Assembly: GCA_963716175.1 (NCBI GenBank)
Contig: OY970296.1
Span: forward strand, 2,752,001 to 2,816,000
Reading direction: 5' to 3'
DNA: 64,000 nt
DNA from: an uncultured Armatimonadetes bacterium
GTDB lineage: Bacteria; Armatimonadota; Hebobacteria; Hebobacterales; Hebobacteraceae
A model generated the notes under the pieces. It made no database searches and was not told where the DNA came from. It saw only the letters and a list, made by a program, of their open reading frames with translations. The position numbers and the translations under genes are program-made. Shown here piece by piece: positions 19,829 to 29,946 of this stretch (position 1 is its first letter; each line of letters opens with the position of its first letter).

Positions 19829-21106
19829 ATGATCTTTTTCGCGGAGGCCTATCTGAGTGATCTGATGCGCATGAATGTGCTGGACCGCGACGGCGCTGTG
19901 GTCGGCCGGCTGCGGGATGTGGCGGTGCGGCTGGGTGAAGCCTTCCCTCCGGTGACCAAGCTCGTCCTCCGCCGCCGCGGCCAGCGCCAGCCCTTGGTCA
20001 TCCCTTGGGACGCAGTGCGCAGTGTCTCCGCTGAGTCCATCACTCTGCTCCACCGTAGCAGCGAGCTTCGCTCCGTGCAACTGGAACCCGAAGACACGCT
20101 GCTCGGGGCGTCCCTGCTGGATCGCCAGATTGTGGACGTGCAGGGCCGGCGCGTGGTCCGGGTGAACGACCTGAAGCTGGGGTCTGTGCAAGGGCAGGTG
20201 CGGCTGGTGGCGGCCGGGGTAGGGACGCGCAGCCTGCTGCGCCGCCTCAATCTGGAGGGCCTGGCGCTGCGGGTGTGGAGCTGGTTTGGCCGGCGCCTAC
20301 ACGAGCATCTCATCAGTTGGGAGCACGTGCACGCGGTGGAGCCCGCCTCCCAACAGCTGCAGCTCGGACTGGAGCAGGAGAAGCTCCAGCGCCTGAATCC
20401 CGCCGACTTGGCCGACATCCTGGGCGAACTCAGCACCAGCGATCGCGCGGCGGTGGTGTCCTCGCTAGATGAGGAGACCGCCGCGGCGGCGATGGAAGAG
20501 ATGGACTTCGATCTCCAGAAGTCAGTGCTCGACTCGGTAGAGGACGAAAGGGCGGCCGACATCCTGGAGGAGATCGCCCCGGACGCCGCGGCCGACCTGA
20601 TGGGCGATCTGCCCAGGGAACGGGCCGACGAGCTGCTCAGCCTGATGGAGCCGGAGGAGGCCTCGGACGTCAAGGAGCTGCTCAAATACCCGGAGGAATC
20701 GGCCGGCGGGCTCATGACCATGGACTACGTGACCGTCCCAGCCGGGATCACCGCCCAGGAGGCAATCGAGCATCTGCGGAGGGTGGGGGAAGAGGCCGAG
20801 ACCATCTACTACTGCTATGTCGTGAAGGATGGCAATCGCCTGGTGGGCGTGCTCTCCTTGCGCGACCTTATCGTGGCCCCGCCCGACCAGCGGATTGACG
20901 ATATCATGGCGAGGGACGTGATCTCGGTGCAGCCCCTCACCCCCCAGGAGGAGACCGCCCGCTTCATCTCCCGGTACAATCTGCTGGCCATCCCGGTCGT
21001 GGATGACGATCAGCAGTTGCTGGGCATTGTCACCGTGGATGACGCCATCGACGCGGTGCTGCCCACGCGGTGGAAGAAGCGGCTGCCCAAAGTGTTCTCC
21101 AGCTGA
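19829..21106 (+). CDS. Soluble MgtE-like protein (PRC barrels, MgtE_N, CBS pair; no membrane domain)
   Basis: LLDRQIVDVQGRRVVRVNDL, PADLADIL, ESAGGLM, GIVTVDD. Confidence 0.9.
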   Translation: MIFFAEAYLSDLMRMNVLDRDGAVVGRLRDVAVRLGEAFPPVTKLVLRRRGQRQPLVIPWDAVRSVSAESITLLHRSSELRSVQLEPEDTLLGASLLDRQIVDVQGRRVVRVNDLKLGSVQGQVRLVAAGVGTRSLLRRLNLEGLALRVWSWFGRRLHEHLISWEHVHAVEPASQQLQLGLEQEKLQRLNPADLADILGELSTSDRAAVVSSLDEETAAAAMEEMDFDLQKSVLDSVEDERAADILEEIAPDAAADLMGDLPRERADELLSLMEPEEASDVKELLKYPEESAGGLMTMDYVTVPAGITAQEAIEHLRRVGEEAETIYYCYVVKDGNRLVGVLSLRDLIVAPPDQRIDDIMARDVISVQPLTPQEETARFISRYNLLAIPVVDDDQQLLGIVTVDDAIDAVLPTRWKKRLPKVFSS

Positions 21107-21124
21107 TGCCAAGAGCGAAGCCCC

Positions 21125-22369
21125 GTGTTCCAGCTTCTCCGCAGGCGCCTACTGCTCCCCATCTTCGCCTTCTTCTCCGTGGTGGGCCCGGCCTTCATCA
21201 CGGCCAATGTGGACAATGACGCGCCCGGCATCGCCACCTACTCGGTGGCCGGTGCCCACTTCGGCTACACCCTGCTCTGGCTGCTCTGGCCCACCCTGGT
21301 TATGCTTATCGTGGTCCAGGAGATCTGCGCCCGCATGGGAGTGGCCACCACCAAGGGCCTCGCCGACCTGATCCGGGAGGAGTTCGGCGTCAAAGTCACG
21401 CTGGTGCTGATGGCGGCGCTGCTGGTCACCAACCTGGCCAACACCGCGGGGGAATTCGCCGGTTTGGCTGCGGGCGCTCGCATCTTCGGGCTCCCCCCCT
21501 ACCTCTCTGTGCCCGTTGGGGCCTTTCTCATCTGGCTGCTAGTGGTGCGCGGCAGCTACAGCAGCGTCGAGCGCATCTTCCTCGCCGCCTGCCTGGTCTA
21601 CATGGCCTATCCCATCTCCGGGATTCTGGCTCATCCGGACTGGGAGTACGTGCTCAAGCAATCCCTGGTGCCGCGGCTGACGCCCGATCTGCCCACAGTG
21701 ACCATGGCGATGGGGATCGTGGGCACCACCATCGCGCCCTGGATGCAGTTCTACCTACAGGCTGCCGTGGTCGAGAAGGGAACTCCCGCCGGCCGCTACC
21801 AGCTCGCCAAGTGGGACGTGATCATCGGCGGCATCTTTGCCATCATCGTCGTCTTCTTCATCACCGTCGCCTGCGCCGCCACCATTCACCCCAGGGGCAT
21901 CCACATCACTGATGCCGCCCAGGCCGCCGCCGCCCTCCGGCCCCTGGCCGGGCGCTATGCCTCCGCCCTCTTCGCCGTCGGGCTGCTCAACGCCGCGCTG
22001 TTCGCCGCCTCCATCCTGCCGCTGAGCACGGCCTACAGCGTGTGCGAGGGCATTGGCTGGGAGCGGGGGGTGAACCGGCCCTTCCGCAGCGCCCCTCAGT
22101 TCTACCTCCTTTACACCGGCCTCATCGTGGTCGGCGGAGGCATCGTGCTCCTGCCCGGCGCCCCGCTGCTTCGGATCATGCTGATCTCCCAGGTGATGAA
22201 CGGAGTGCTGCTGCCGGTTATCTTGGTCCTGATGCTGCTGCTGGCTACTCGCCGGCGCTTGATGGGAAAGCTGGCGCTCTCCCACGGCTACGCTGGTTTC
22301 TGCTGGGTGCTGGCGTTCCTGCTGATCGCGCTAGACCTGTTCTTACTGGTAACCGCTTTCATGGGCTGA
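21125..22369 (+). CDS. NRAMP-related divalent metal (likely Mg2+) transporter
   Basis: GPAFITANVDNDAPG, QEICARMG, GTTIAPWMQF. Confidence 0.9.
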   Translation: MFQLLRRRLLLPIFAFFSVVGPAFITANVDNDAPGIATYSVAGAHFGYTLLWLLWPTLVMLIVVQEICARMGVATTKGLADLIREEFGVKVTLVLMAALLVTNLANTAGEFAGLAAGARIFGLPPYLSVPVGAFLIWLLVVRGSYSSVERIFLAACLVYMAYPISGILAHPDWEYVLKQSLVPRLTPDLPTVTMAMGIVGTTIAPWMQFYLQAAVVEKGTPAGRYQLAKWDVIIGGIFAIIVVFFITVACAATIHPRGIHITDAAQAAAALRPLAGRYASALFAVGLLNAALFAASILPLSTAYSVCEGIGWERGVNRPFRSAPQFYLLYTGLIVVGGGIVLLPGAPLLRIMLISQVMNGVLLPVILVLMLLLATRRRLMGKLALSHGYAGFCWVLAFLLIALDLFLLVTAFMG

Positions 22370-22440
22370 GGGCAGCAGGCGCGCTCTCGGCCTCTGTCGA
22401 ACTCGCCTTTACACCATCCTAGAGAGGCGAGGTAACCGAC

Positions 22441-23460
22441 ATGGACCGCTTCGAGCTCTGGAAATCGGGCGCCCTGAGGGGTGCGAACGCGTTTCCCCGG
22501 CACACGGTTGAGGATCTGTCGGCGCTGCGCAGTTGGGGCGCGAACCTGGTCACCTTCGGTGTCAAGAGCGTGCTCGAACTCGGGGAGCCGTTCCCGCTGG
22601 CCGCCGACGCCTTCGCCGACATTGACTCTGCCCTCGACCGCGCCCGGCAGGCCGGCCTGTTCGCGGTGATCAACTTCCGCTCCATCCCGGGGCGGAAGGA
22701 GTTCGACCACGATCTCGACCACTTCCGCGACTTCAAGTACCACGACGCTTTCGTGCGCCTTTGGGGGGAGACTGCGCGCCACCTGCGGGATCGCCAGATC
22801 GCCGGATACGATCTGATGTGCGAGCCGCATCCGGAGGATGTGTTTGAGGGGGAGGATCGTTTGCCGGCCGTCTTCCCGAAGAAAGCGAAGGGCACCCCCG
22901 CCGATTGGAACCTGCTAGTGCGCCGCACCGTCGAGGCGATCCGGGAGGAGGATGCGGATACCCCCATCATCGTCAACTCCACGGGCTGGGCCTATCCCCA
23001 TACCTTCGATTACCTCGACCTGGTCGCAGACTCGCGGACGGTCTACAGCGTGCATTTCTATGCGCCGCACTACTACACGCATCAGAAGCCGGGAGATAAC
23101 CGCGCTTACCCCGGGTTCGTGGACCCGGCCGAGCCGGGGCCGCCCTGGGATAAGCGCGTGGTGGAGGAGAAGCTGAGCCCGGTGCGGCGCTACCAACAGC
23201 AGCACCATGTGCCCATCTTCTCCGGCGAGTACGGCTGCGCCCGCTATGCGCCCGGCGCGCTGCAATGGTTCCGCGACCAGATGGATCTCTACGACCAGTG
23301 GGGCTGGTCCTCGGCCTACTGGGATCTGCGGGGCTGGGAGGTGATGGACATCGAGATGACGGCCGACCCCAATGATAAGCAGCGACACGCGGACACGCCG
23401 CTCCTGGGTGTCTTCAAATCCTACTTCGCGAAGGACAGGGTCTTCCCGTCTAGCCCTTGA
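22441..23460 (+). CDS. Glycoside hydrolase family 5-like protein
   Basis: YDLMCEP acid/base motif, YSVHFYAP, FSGEYG nucleophile. Confidence 0.85.
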   Translation: MDRFELWKSGALRGANAFPRHTVEDLSALRSWGANLVTFGVKSVLELGEPFPLAADAFADIDSALDRARQAGLFAVINFRSIPGRKEFDHDLDHFRDFKYHDAFVRLWGETARHLRDRQIAGYDLMCEPHPEDVFEGEDRLPAVFPKKAKGTPADWNLLVRRTVEAIREEDADTPIIVNSTGWAYPHTFDYLDLVADSRTVYSVHFYAPHYYTHQKPGDNRAYPGFVDPAEPGPPWDKRVVEEKLSPVRRYQQQHHVPIFSGEYGCARYAPGALQWFRDQMDLYDQWGWSSAYWDLRGWEVMDIEMTADPNDKQRHADTPLLGVFKSYFAKDRVFPSSP

Positions 23461-24762
23461 GGCCATCGAGCAGCTTGAACGACTCCTCCACCAGCACCAG
23501 CCCGGCGTTGTCGGCGAGGTGGGCGGCCGTTTCCGCCTCGTAGCCGCCCTCCTCGAAGGCCTCCGGGGTTGGCACGTAGCCAATGGAGCCGTTGGCGTAG
23601 CCGATCACATAGGTGGGGTGGAAAGGCGAGTTGTGCTTGATCTCCATGCCGAAGTCGCAGAAGATCTCGCCCGGCCAGGCCAGGAAAGTCACCGCGCCCA
23701 GCGAGATCGCCTGAATCTCGCACTCCACCGGTGCGTCGCCCTGCTGCTTCAGGTCTGCTAGACGCTTCCGCGCTCGCTCGGGATTCGGCGGCGCGTACCA
23801 CGTCATGTAGGGATTGCGCTCCTCGCGAGGGCGAGCGGCCCCGCGCTCGGCCGCCCTGAGCGCCTCCTCGGCCGCCTTGATCGCCCGTGGCCGGTTGGTT
23901 GGAAGCGCGATCTTGCGATTCGCGTATCGGAGGCGGACCTGGTCTGTCGTCTCGACCTTGGCCCACACCCGCGCCGCCTCTCGCGCCAGGTCTTCCCCGG
24001 CCCGCGCGGCGATGTTGAAGCTCCCGCCGCTGGCATACCCGTGATCAACCGCGGCCTCCCGCGGATTCACGTTGCCGCATGCACCCTGGAGAAACATCCC
24101 CATCGCGCCTGGGACCCTCTGCTCCAGGTAGTGCGCCGCGTAGCCCGGATAGTCTGCGCTGGTCAGGTAGTTGTCCGCCATCAGGCAGACCGCGTGGCAG
24201 GCGTAGTTCATCAACGCAGCCATCGCCTTGCCATCGGCGTGGTCAACGCGGATCAGACCCAGCTCCGTGTCGAACTTGCCGAAATGGTTGCGGCCCAGCA
24301 CCACCCGCCCCCCGGGGACGAACTCGCGCCGGTTGATCCCGATGGCAGACCAGCCGCTGGACGCGCCCAGGCGTGCCGCCGTGAGGTTACCGACCGCCTG
24401 GTTGAGCACCTCGATCAGTTTCGCTGGCAGCGCTTCCCAGTATGTCTTCTCTTGGTCTGTGGCATCATCTCCCGCCACGTCGGGCCGGAGTGGGTATGGG
24501 TTCCGGCGATCAGCAGCGCCTCCGGCGCGATGCCGGCTGAAGACCCGGCCGCCTTCCGCACCTCGGCCACAGTCTGGTCCGAGATGCCGATCAGGTCCAA
24601 CCCCACCAGCGCCGCTCTCCGGCCGCCGTCATTCAGCACCAGCGCGCGCGCCCGGAGCGGGTCATGGACTGCGAGGGAAGGGAAAACACGGCCGGCGAAA
24701 CCGGCCATCCGCACTCCCACGGGCGGCGTGATATCGAGCTTCGCCACTCCTGCCTTGAGCAT
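23450..24762 (-). pseudogene. Neutral/alkaline ceramidase-like hydrolase, frameshifted near 24475
   Basis: DITPP, HDPLRARAL, THTHSGP in one frame; NYACH, SADYPG, PGEIF, GYANG in the next. Confidence 0.8.
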
Positions 24763-24813
24763 GAGCTTACCTCCTTGGAAACGGTGTGACAGGCTGGGAG
24801 CCCGCCCTACAGG

Positions 24814-26103
24814 TTACCGCGCGAACTGCGGCAGGTACTCGGCGTGCGCCTCCAGCAAGTCGCCCAGCAGCGCCTTCGCCACCCGCACGGAGGGCACCAG
24901 AGGGTTCGCCACCAGCGCCTGCAAGGCCGCGCCTCGATCCCCGGTTACTGCCGCCTCGACCGTGAGTTCCTCGTAGGCTTTCACCTGCTGCAGCAGCCCC
25001 CGCAGCTGGGGGCGCAGCCGCCCCACCGTCAGCGGAACCGGCCCTTGGGCGCCAATGACGCAGTTCACCTCCACCACCGACTCGGGGGCCAGGTCGGCGA
25101 GCGCCCCCCGGTTCGTGGTGTCCACGCACTGGATATCCCGGCGATCATTGTGGATGGAGGAGATCAGGCGGAGGGCCGCATCGGAGTACCCGCCACCCCC
25201 GCGCTTGGAGAGCGCGGCTGGCTTCTGCTTGAGCTCGGGATCGCGATACTGGTCGAACAGCTCCTTCTCGATGCCAAGTACCGCCTCTCCCCGGGTCGGC
25301 TTGCCCTCGGCGTCGGCCTTCTGCAGCCGCGCCAGCGCCTCATCCTTGTGGTAGTAGTAATGGTGGTAGCCGCACGGGATGGCGTGCAGCGATTCCAGCA
25401 GCTCGGCCGACCAGTCGCCGTTCTTCCCCAGCCTGGCGATCAGATCATCCGTGACATCCGCGCCGCGCACCAGCACGCGGGTCACCCACACCAGGTGGTT
25501 GCAGCCTGCGAACTCGATGAAGATCTCGTCCGGCTTGGCCTGGAAGTCCCGCTGCAGCCAGCGCTCGGTGCCAATCGGCAGATTGCAGAGGCCCACAATG
25601 CTGGTCTTGGTGTGGCGGCTCACCGCTTCCGTCACGACCCCGCTGGGGTTGGTGAAGTTGACCAGCCAGGCTCCGGGCGCCAGCTCCTCGATGTCCCGGC
25701 AGATCGCCAGCATCGCGGGGATGGTGCGAAGCGCCTTGGCGAACCCGCCCGGCCCCGTGGTCTCCTGGCCGATCACCCCATGGCGCAGCGGGATGCGCTC
25801 GTCCTTGATCCGCGCGGGAATCCCGCCGACGCGTATCTGTGTCACCACGAAACTCGCGCCGGGCAGCGCCTCTCGCCGGTCCAGGGTCAGGTTCACCTGG
25901 AAGGGATTGCCCGCCCGCTCCACCATGCGCCTGGCCAGCCCGCCCACTATCTCCAGCTTCTCCCTGCCCGCCGGGATGTCCACCAGCCACACCTCGCGCA
26001 GCGACAGGTCCGCGCGGTGGGAGATCAGCCCCTCCATGATCTCAGGGGTGTAGCTGCTGCCTCCGCCAATCACCACGACTTTGATGACTTGCTCTTCAGT
26101 CAC
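24814..26103 (-). CDS. GH4 6-phospho-beta-glucosidase
   Basis: IGGGSSYTPE, GQETTGPGG, NFTNP, GLCN. Confidence 0.93.
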   Translation of the reverse strand: MTEEQVIKVVVIGGGSSYTPEIMEGLISHRADLSLREVWLVDIPAGREKLEIVGGLARRMVERAGNPFQVNLTLDRREALPGASFVVTQIRVGGIPARIKDERIPLRHGVIGQETTGPGGFAKALRTIPAMLAICRDIEELAPGAWLVNFTNPSGVVTEAVSRHTKTSIVGLCNLPIGTERWLQRDFQAKPDEIFIEFAGCNHLVWVTRVLVRGADVTDDLIARLGKNGDWSAELLESLHAIPCGYHHYYYHKDEALARLQKADAEGKPTRGEAVLGIEKELFDQYRDPELKQKPAALSKRGGGGYSDAALRLISSIHNDRRDIQCVDTTNRGALADLAPESVVEVNCVIGAQGPVPLTVGRLRPQLRGLLQQVKAYEELTVEAAVTGDRGAALQALVANPLVPSVRVAKALLGDLLEAHAEYLPQFAR

Positions 26104-26152
26104 TGCCTTCTCCTCTCAGTGCGGTTCCAGCGGCTGGGCCTTCGACCACCCT

Positions 26153-26204
26153 GTCCCTAGGCCTGAAGGCCGGGATGGCGGCCCGCCGAAGGCGGGCCTA
26201 GCCA
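26153..26204. repeat. TA-bulge hairpin doublet
   Basis: GTCCCTAGGCCTGAAGGCCGGGATGGCGGCCCGCCGAAGGCGGGCCTAGCCA; supplies the kinase stop codon. Confidence 0.8.
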
Positions 26205-27214
26205 GCGGCCGGCTGAGCCGACCCAGCCACATCCGCGCGCAGCCAGCCCTGCTGCGAAACTCTCCGTCTCAGTTCCTCCCACACCTCCGGCGCATCCCGG
26301 CTGGCGGCTGCGAGCGCACCCCGCACCGCGCCCATCACGGGCGGCTGGTCAGATAGGACCATGCGGGCCCTCGGCGCCGCAGCCAGCACCTCCCGGCAGA
26401 AGATATCGAATAGCAGGGGGCCGGTCTTCATGAACAGGGAACCGGACGCTATCACCGCGGGATCCTGTCTCGCTAGACCGTAGCGCAGGATGAGATTGGT
26501 GGCGCACAAGGCCAGCTCGCCCCCGAAGCGGGTAACGATCTCCACTGCCACCGGGTCGCCCTTCGCCGCGGTGGCGAAAAGCACTGGATCCAGGATCGTT
26601 CTGGGGATGTGCCTCCCCTCCCGGTGCAGATCTCTCACCAGGGCGGTGACAGTGGGATAGCCGGTTGCCTCCAGCAGAGCCGGAGCAAGGGCGGTGGGAC
26701 GACCTCGCCCGTCCTCGGTGCGGATCACCGCCCGGAGGCCCTGGGCCGCGGCGTCAATGCCACCGCCCAGGTCGGTGAACGCGCCGTAGAAGTACTTCTC
26801 GCCATCCGGCCGGATGATGGCCGAGGCCACGCCCGTCCCCGCGGTAACGCCGATGCCGTGACCCTCCGGCGCAGAGGCCCTGATCGCGGCAAAGGAGTCG
26901 TTCTCCAGCCCGAGCGGGCATTCCCAGCCCGACTCCCTGAGCGCGGTCTCCATGCGGGGCACGTCATCTGGCCAGTCCACCCCGGCCAACGTCATGTGTA
27001 GGCAGAGCACGTCCTTGCGCTGCCTTCCAGCCATGGCGAGCGCTTGCTCGACAATGTCGGTGATCACGGCCGCGGCTCTCGGCGCCCCCAGCATCTCCCA
27101 GTTGCTGCTGCCGCCGCGGCCGATCCCAACCGCCCGGCCCGTCAAGTCGCAGGCCAGCGCTACGGTCTTGGTGTTTCCGCCATCAACCCCAACGACCAGC
27201 CTCCCAGCCTCCAT
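26198..27214 (-). CDS. BadF/BadG-type sugar (N-acetylglucosamine-like) kinase
   Basis: GVDGGNTKT, ENDS, AGTG. Confidence 0.88.
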   Translation of the reverse strand: MEAGRLVVGVDGGNTKTVALACDLTGRAVGIGRGGSSNWEMLGAPRAAAVITDIVEQALAMAGRQRKDVLCLHMTLAGVDWPDDVPRMETALRESGWECPLGLENDSFAAIRASAPEGHGIGVTAGTGVASAIIRPDGEKYFYGAFTDLGGGIDAAAQGLRAVIRTEDGRGRPTALAPALLEATGYPTVTALVRDLHREGRHIPRTILDPVLFATAAKGDPVAVEIVTRFGGELALCATNLILRYGLARQDPAVIASGSLFMKTGPLLFDIFCREVLAAAPRARMVLSDQPPVMGAVRGALAAASRDAPEVWEELRRRVSQQGWLRADVAGSAQPAAG

Positions 27215-27263
27215 CTCCCTCCGGCCTCTTGCTCGGGTTGGCGACCGCCGCCTCCGATAGTTC

Positions 27264-28490
27264 TCAAGGCGCGGGCATGTCTCCTGCCCGCTGCCGAGTG
27301 ACCTCACTCACCTTTCTGCCTGTGGCGTCATATATCCCCGCCACCCTTGGCCTGCCGCGAGCTACACCTCGGATCACCGCCACATGGGCGCGCGTCACGA
27401 AGGCCTGCGCGCGGAAGCCAAACACCACGGAATCGCCGATCTCCACCTCGGCCGAGCGACGGTCGAGGAGCGCGTAGTAGTCAATCCCACCCAATGGCAT
27501 CAGCTCAGCATCCGCGCGGGCAGCGAGGGCTTTCTCCCCGTCGCTGCCCACCAAGGCGCGCAGTTGGTAGGGCGGGATGACGGGGTCCACATAGAGGCCT
27601 CCGCCCAGCACGTAGGCCTGGTTGCCGTGCAGGTCGGATACCTCTGTCAGGTAGCAGATCGCTGGCGCCTCCGGCAGGTCCACGTAGGCGTGCCACGGGG
27701 TGGTGCCGGTGAAGCCGTGTCCTGGCTCGACATGTGTCGCCCCGGCCTCGCCCAGCAGGTTCATGGTGGCGGCCGAGGTGGTGCCAGGGGCATTGACCTG
27801 GGTGATCTCCAGGCCCGCCTGATGGCGGAGGCGTTCTGCCGCCCGCAGGATGGTCTGCATGTTGGGGGTGAGCGCCACCGTCCCCTTCTCCGGGTAGAAG
27901 AGCAGCGTGGGGAAGCTCGTGACGCCCGCCACCCGCACCCCGGGCAGCCTCGCGATCTCACGCCCGGCCGAGACCGCCTGCTCGAGATCGAAACCGCCAT
28001 CGTGAGTGGGGTAGAAGGTGTCTCCGGGCGCCACCACCCGCAGCAGCAGCTCCTGTGTTCTGCCCAGGCTCTGGGCCGCCTCCGATACCTCGCGCGCTTT
28101 CTCCAGGTTGAACACGGTCCACACCTCTGGCCCCAGGGCGCAGATGCGGCTGGCCTCGCCGCGCGGTATCTGCACCAGATGGCCCACGTGGCCGATCTGC
28201 GCTTTGTGGCGGGCCAGCAGATACGCGCCCATCCAGTCCACGCACACGAACTTCGGCATCCCTGCGCGCGTCACCGCGCGCAGGAAGTGCGGATTCCGGC
28301 CCACCTGCTTGGCCATCGGATACACTCGTAGGCCAGCCGCCTCCGCGGCCGCTTTGATCAGGCGGGCGTTACGCCGGATGGCGTCGAGATCCAGCACATA
28401 GCTATTCGGCGGTATCTCCCCGGCCTGGTGCAGTGCGACCGCGCTTCGGATGAGGCCGGGATTGCGACGCGCTAAGGTCTCCAGGAACAT
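27264..28490 (-). CDS. YhfX-family PLP-dependent alanine-racemase-like enzyme
   Basis: MAKQVGRNP, GHVGHLVQIP, NAPGTTS, EPGHG. Confidence 0.85.
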   Translation of the reverse strand: MFLETLARRNPGLIRSAVALHQAGEIPPNSYVLDLDAIRRNARLIKAAAEAAGLRVYPMAKQVGRNPHFLRAVTRAGMPKFVCVDWMGAYLLARHKAQIGHVGHLVQIPRGEASRICALGPEVWTVFNLEKAREVSEAAQSLGRTQELLLRVVAPGDTFYPTHDGGFDLEQAVSAGREIARLPGVRVAGVTSFPTLLFYPEKGTVALTPNMQTILRAAERLRHQAGLEITQVNAPGTTSAATMNLLGEAGATHVEPGHGFTGTTPWHAYVDLPEAPAICYLTEVSDLHGNQAYVLGGGLYVDPVIPPYQLRALVGSDGEKALAARADAELMPLGGIDYYALLDRRSAEVEIGDSVVFGFRAQAFVTRAHVAVIRGVARGRPRVAGIYDATGRKVSEVTRQRAGDMPAP

Positions 28491-28626
28491 CTGCCCCTCC
28501 CTCCCAACTGGTTGGGAAGTTACACCTGCTCCGGGGCAGGACCTGCCACCGGCCTCGCAGGCCAGGATGAACTACCGCTGGAGCGTGGAAAGAGATGATA
28601 GCGGCAGCGGAGAAATCATCATAACC

Positions 28627-29946
28627 ATGGACCAGGAAGAGCGGGCGGCGGGCATGGGCATGCCCGCCCCACAGCGCCACGACGGCGATCCCCGCTGGCG
28701 CGTCACCCTCTACACCATGTGGGTGGCGCAGTTGTTCGCCATGATCGGTTTCGCCTTTGTCATGCCCTTCATGCCGTTCTACATCCGCGAGCTGGGGGTG
28801 ACTGACCCGCGCCTTGTTCCGATCTGGGCCGGGCTGCTGGTGACCGGCAGCGGGGTGATGATGAGCCTGGCGGCGCCCGTGTGGGGTTGGGTGGCTGACC
28901 GCCACGGCCGCAAGCTGATGGTGCAGCGGGCGATGTTCGGAGGCGCGCTGATCCTGTCGCTGATGGCCGGGGTGCACAACGTCCGGCAACTGCTGGTGCT
29001 CCGTACCCTGCAGGGCGCGGTCACTGGCACCGTGGCCGCCACTGTGGCGCTGATCTCCACCGTCGTCCCGCGCGCCTACATGGGGTTCAGTCTGGGCTTG
29101 ATACAGATGTCGGTGTTCGTGGGCGGCTCCTTGGGCCCCCTTCTAGGCGGCGCGGCTGCGGAGAAGCTGGGCTATCGCCTGCCATTCGTGATCACGGGAG
29201 GCATGCTGTTCATCGGGGGTCTGCTGGTCTTGTTTGGGGCGAAGGAGCGCTTCACCCGGCCCAGTAGGGACGAGCAAGCGAAAGCCGGCTCCATCCGGGA
29301 GGTGCTCCGGGCTCCCGGAGTGGCGATGCTGCTCTCGGTTTTCACGTTGATGAACCTGAGCGGCTCCTTCGTCGGTCCCATCTTCCCTCTGTTCGTGGAG
29401 AAGGTTGTGGGCCAGCCGGGCCGTGCGGCCTCGGCCACCGGCCTCATCCTGGCCGTCACCGGGGTCACCTCTGCGCTCGCCGCGCTGGTGGTGGGGAGGA
29501 TGAGCGATCGCCTGGGGCACAAGCCGGTGCTGGTGCTGTGCACCGCCTTCACGGGCCTGATGTGCCTGCCGCAGGCTGCCGCCCAGAGTGTGGGTCAGCT
29601 CCTGGTGATGAGGGCGATTTTCGGGCTTGGCGCAGGTGGCATGGTGCCGGCGATGAACGCCATGGTGACGACCCTGGTCCCGAGAACCAGGCTCGGCCAG
29701 GCCTACGGCATCACCACCACCGCCTCTTCTCTGGGCTGGTCGGTCGGGCCTATCATCGGAGGATGGGCGGCCTCCGCCCTGGGGCTGCGGGTTCCGTTTG
29801 TGCTCATGGGTGTCAGTCTGCTGGTGCTGGCGGCGATTGCACAGAAAGGCGTGAGGAGCGCGGAGGCCGTGGAGACCCCCCAGGCCCAGGTGGTTCCGGT
29901 CGGGAGCTGGCTCCAGGAGACCAGTGATGCCATGGAAACCGAGTAA
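28627..29946 (+). CDS. MFS transporter (DHA1/MdtG-like)
   Basis: WGWVADRHGRK, GRMSDRLGHK, 12 TM pattern; start uncertain. Confidence 0.9.
   Translation: MDQEERAAGMGMPAPQRHDGDPRWRVTLYTMWVAQLFAMIGFAFVMPFMPFYIRELGVTDPRLVPIWAGLLVTGSGVMMSLAAPVWGWVADRHGRKLMVQRAMFGGALILSLMAGVHNVRQLLVLRTLQGAVTGTVAATVALISTVVPRAYMGFSLGLIQMSVFVGGSLGPLLGGAAAEKLGYRLPFVITGGMLFIGGLLVLFGAKERFTRPSRDEQAKAGSIREVLRAPGVAMLLSVFTLMNLSGSFVGPIFPLFVEKVVGQPGRAASATGLILAVTGVTSALAALVVGRMSDRLGHKPVLVLCTAFTGLMCLPQAAAQSVGQLLVMRAIFGLGAGGMVPAMNAMVTTLVPRTRLGQAYGITTTASSLGWSVGPIIGGWAASALGLRVPFVLMGVSLLVLAAIAQKGVRSAEAVETPQAQVVPVGSWLQETSDAMETE

Noticed and set aside
1336-28331. Long antisense ORFs over housekeeping genes (e.g. 24844-26160, 9868-11085)
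   Set aside because: Shadow ORFs expected at high GC; no motifs, and ends match no boundary
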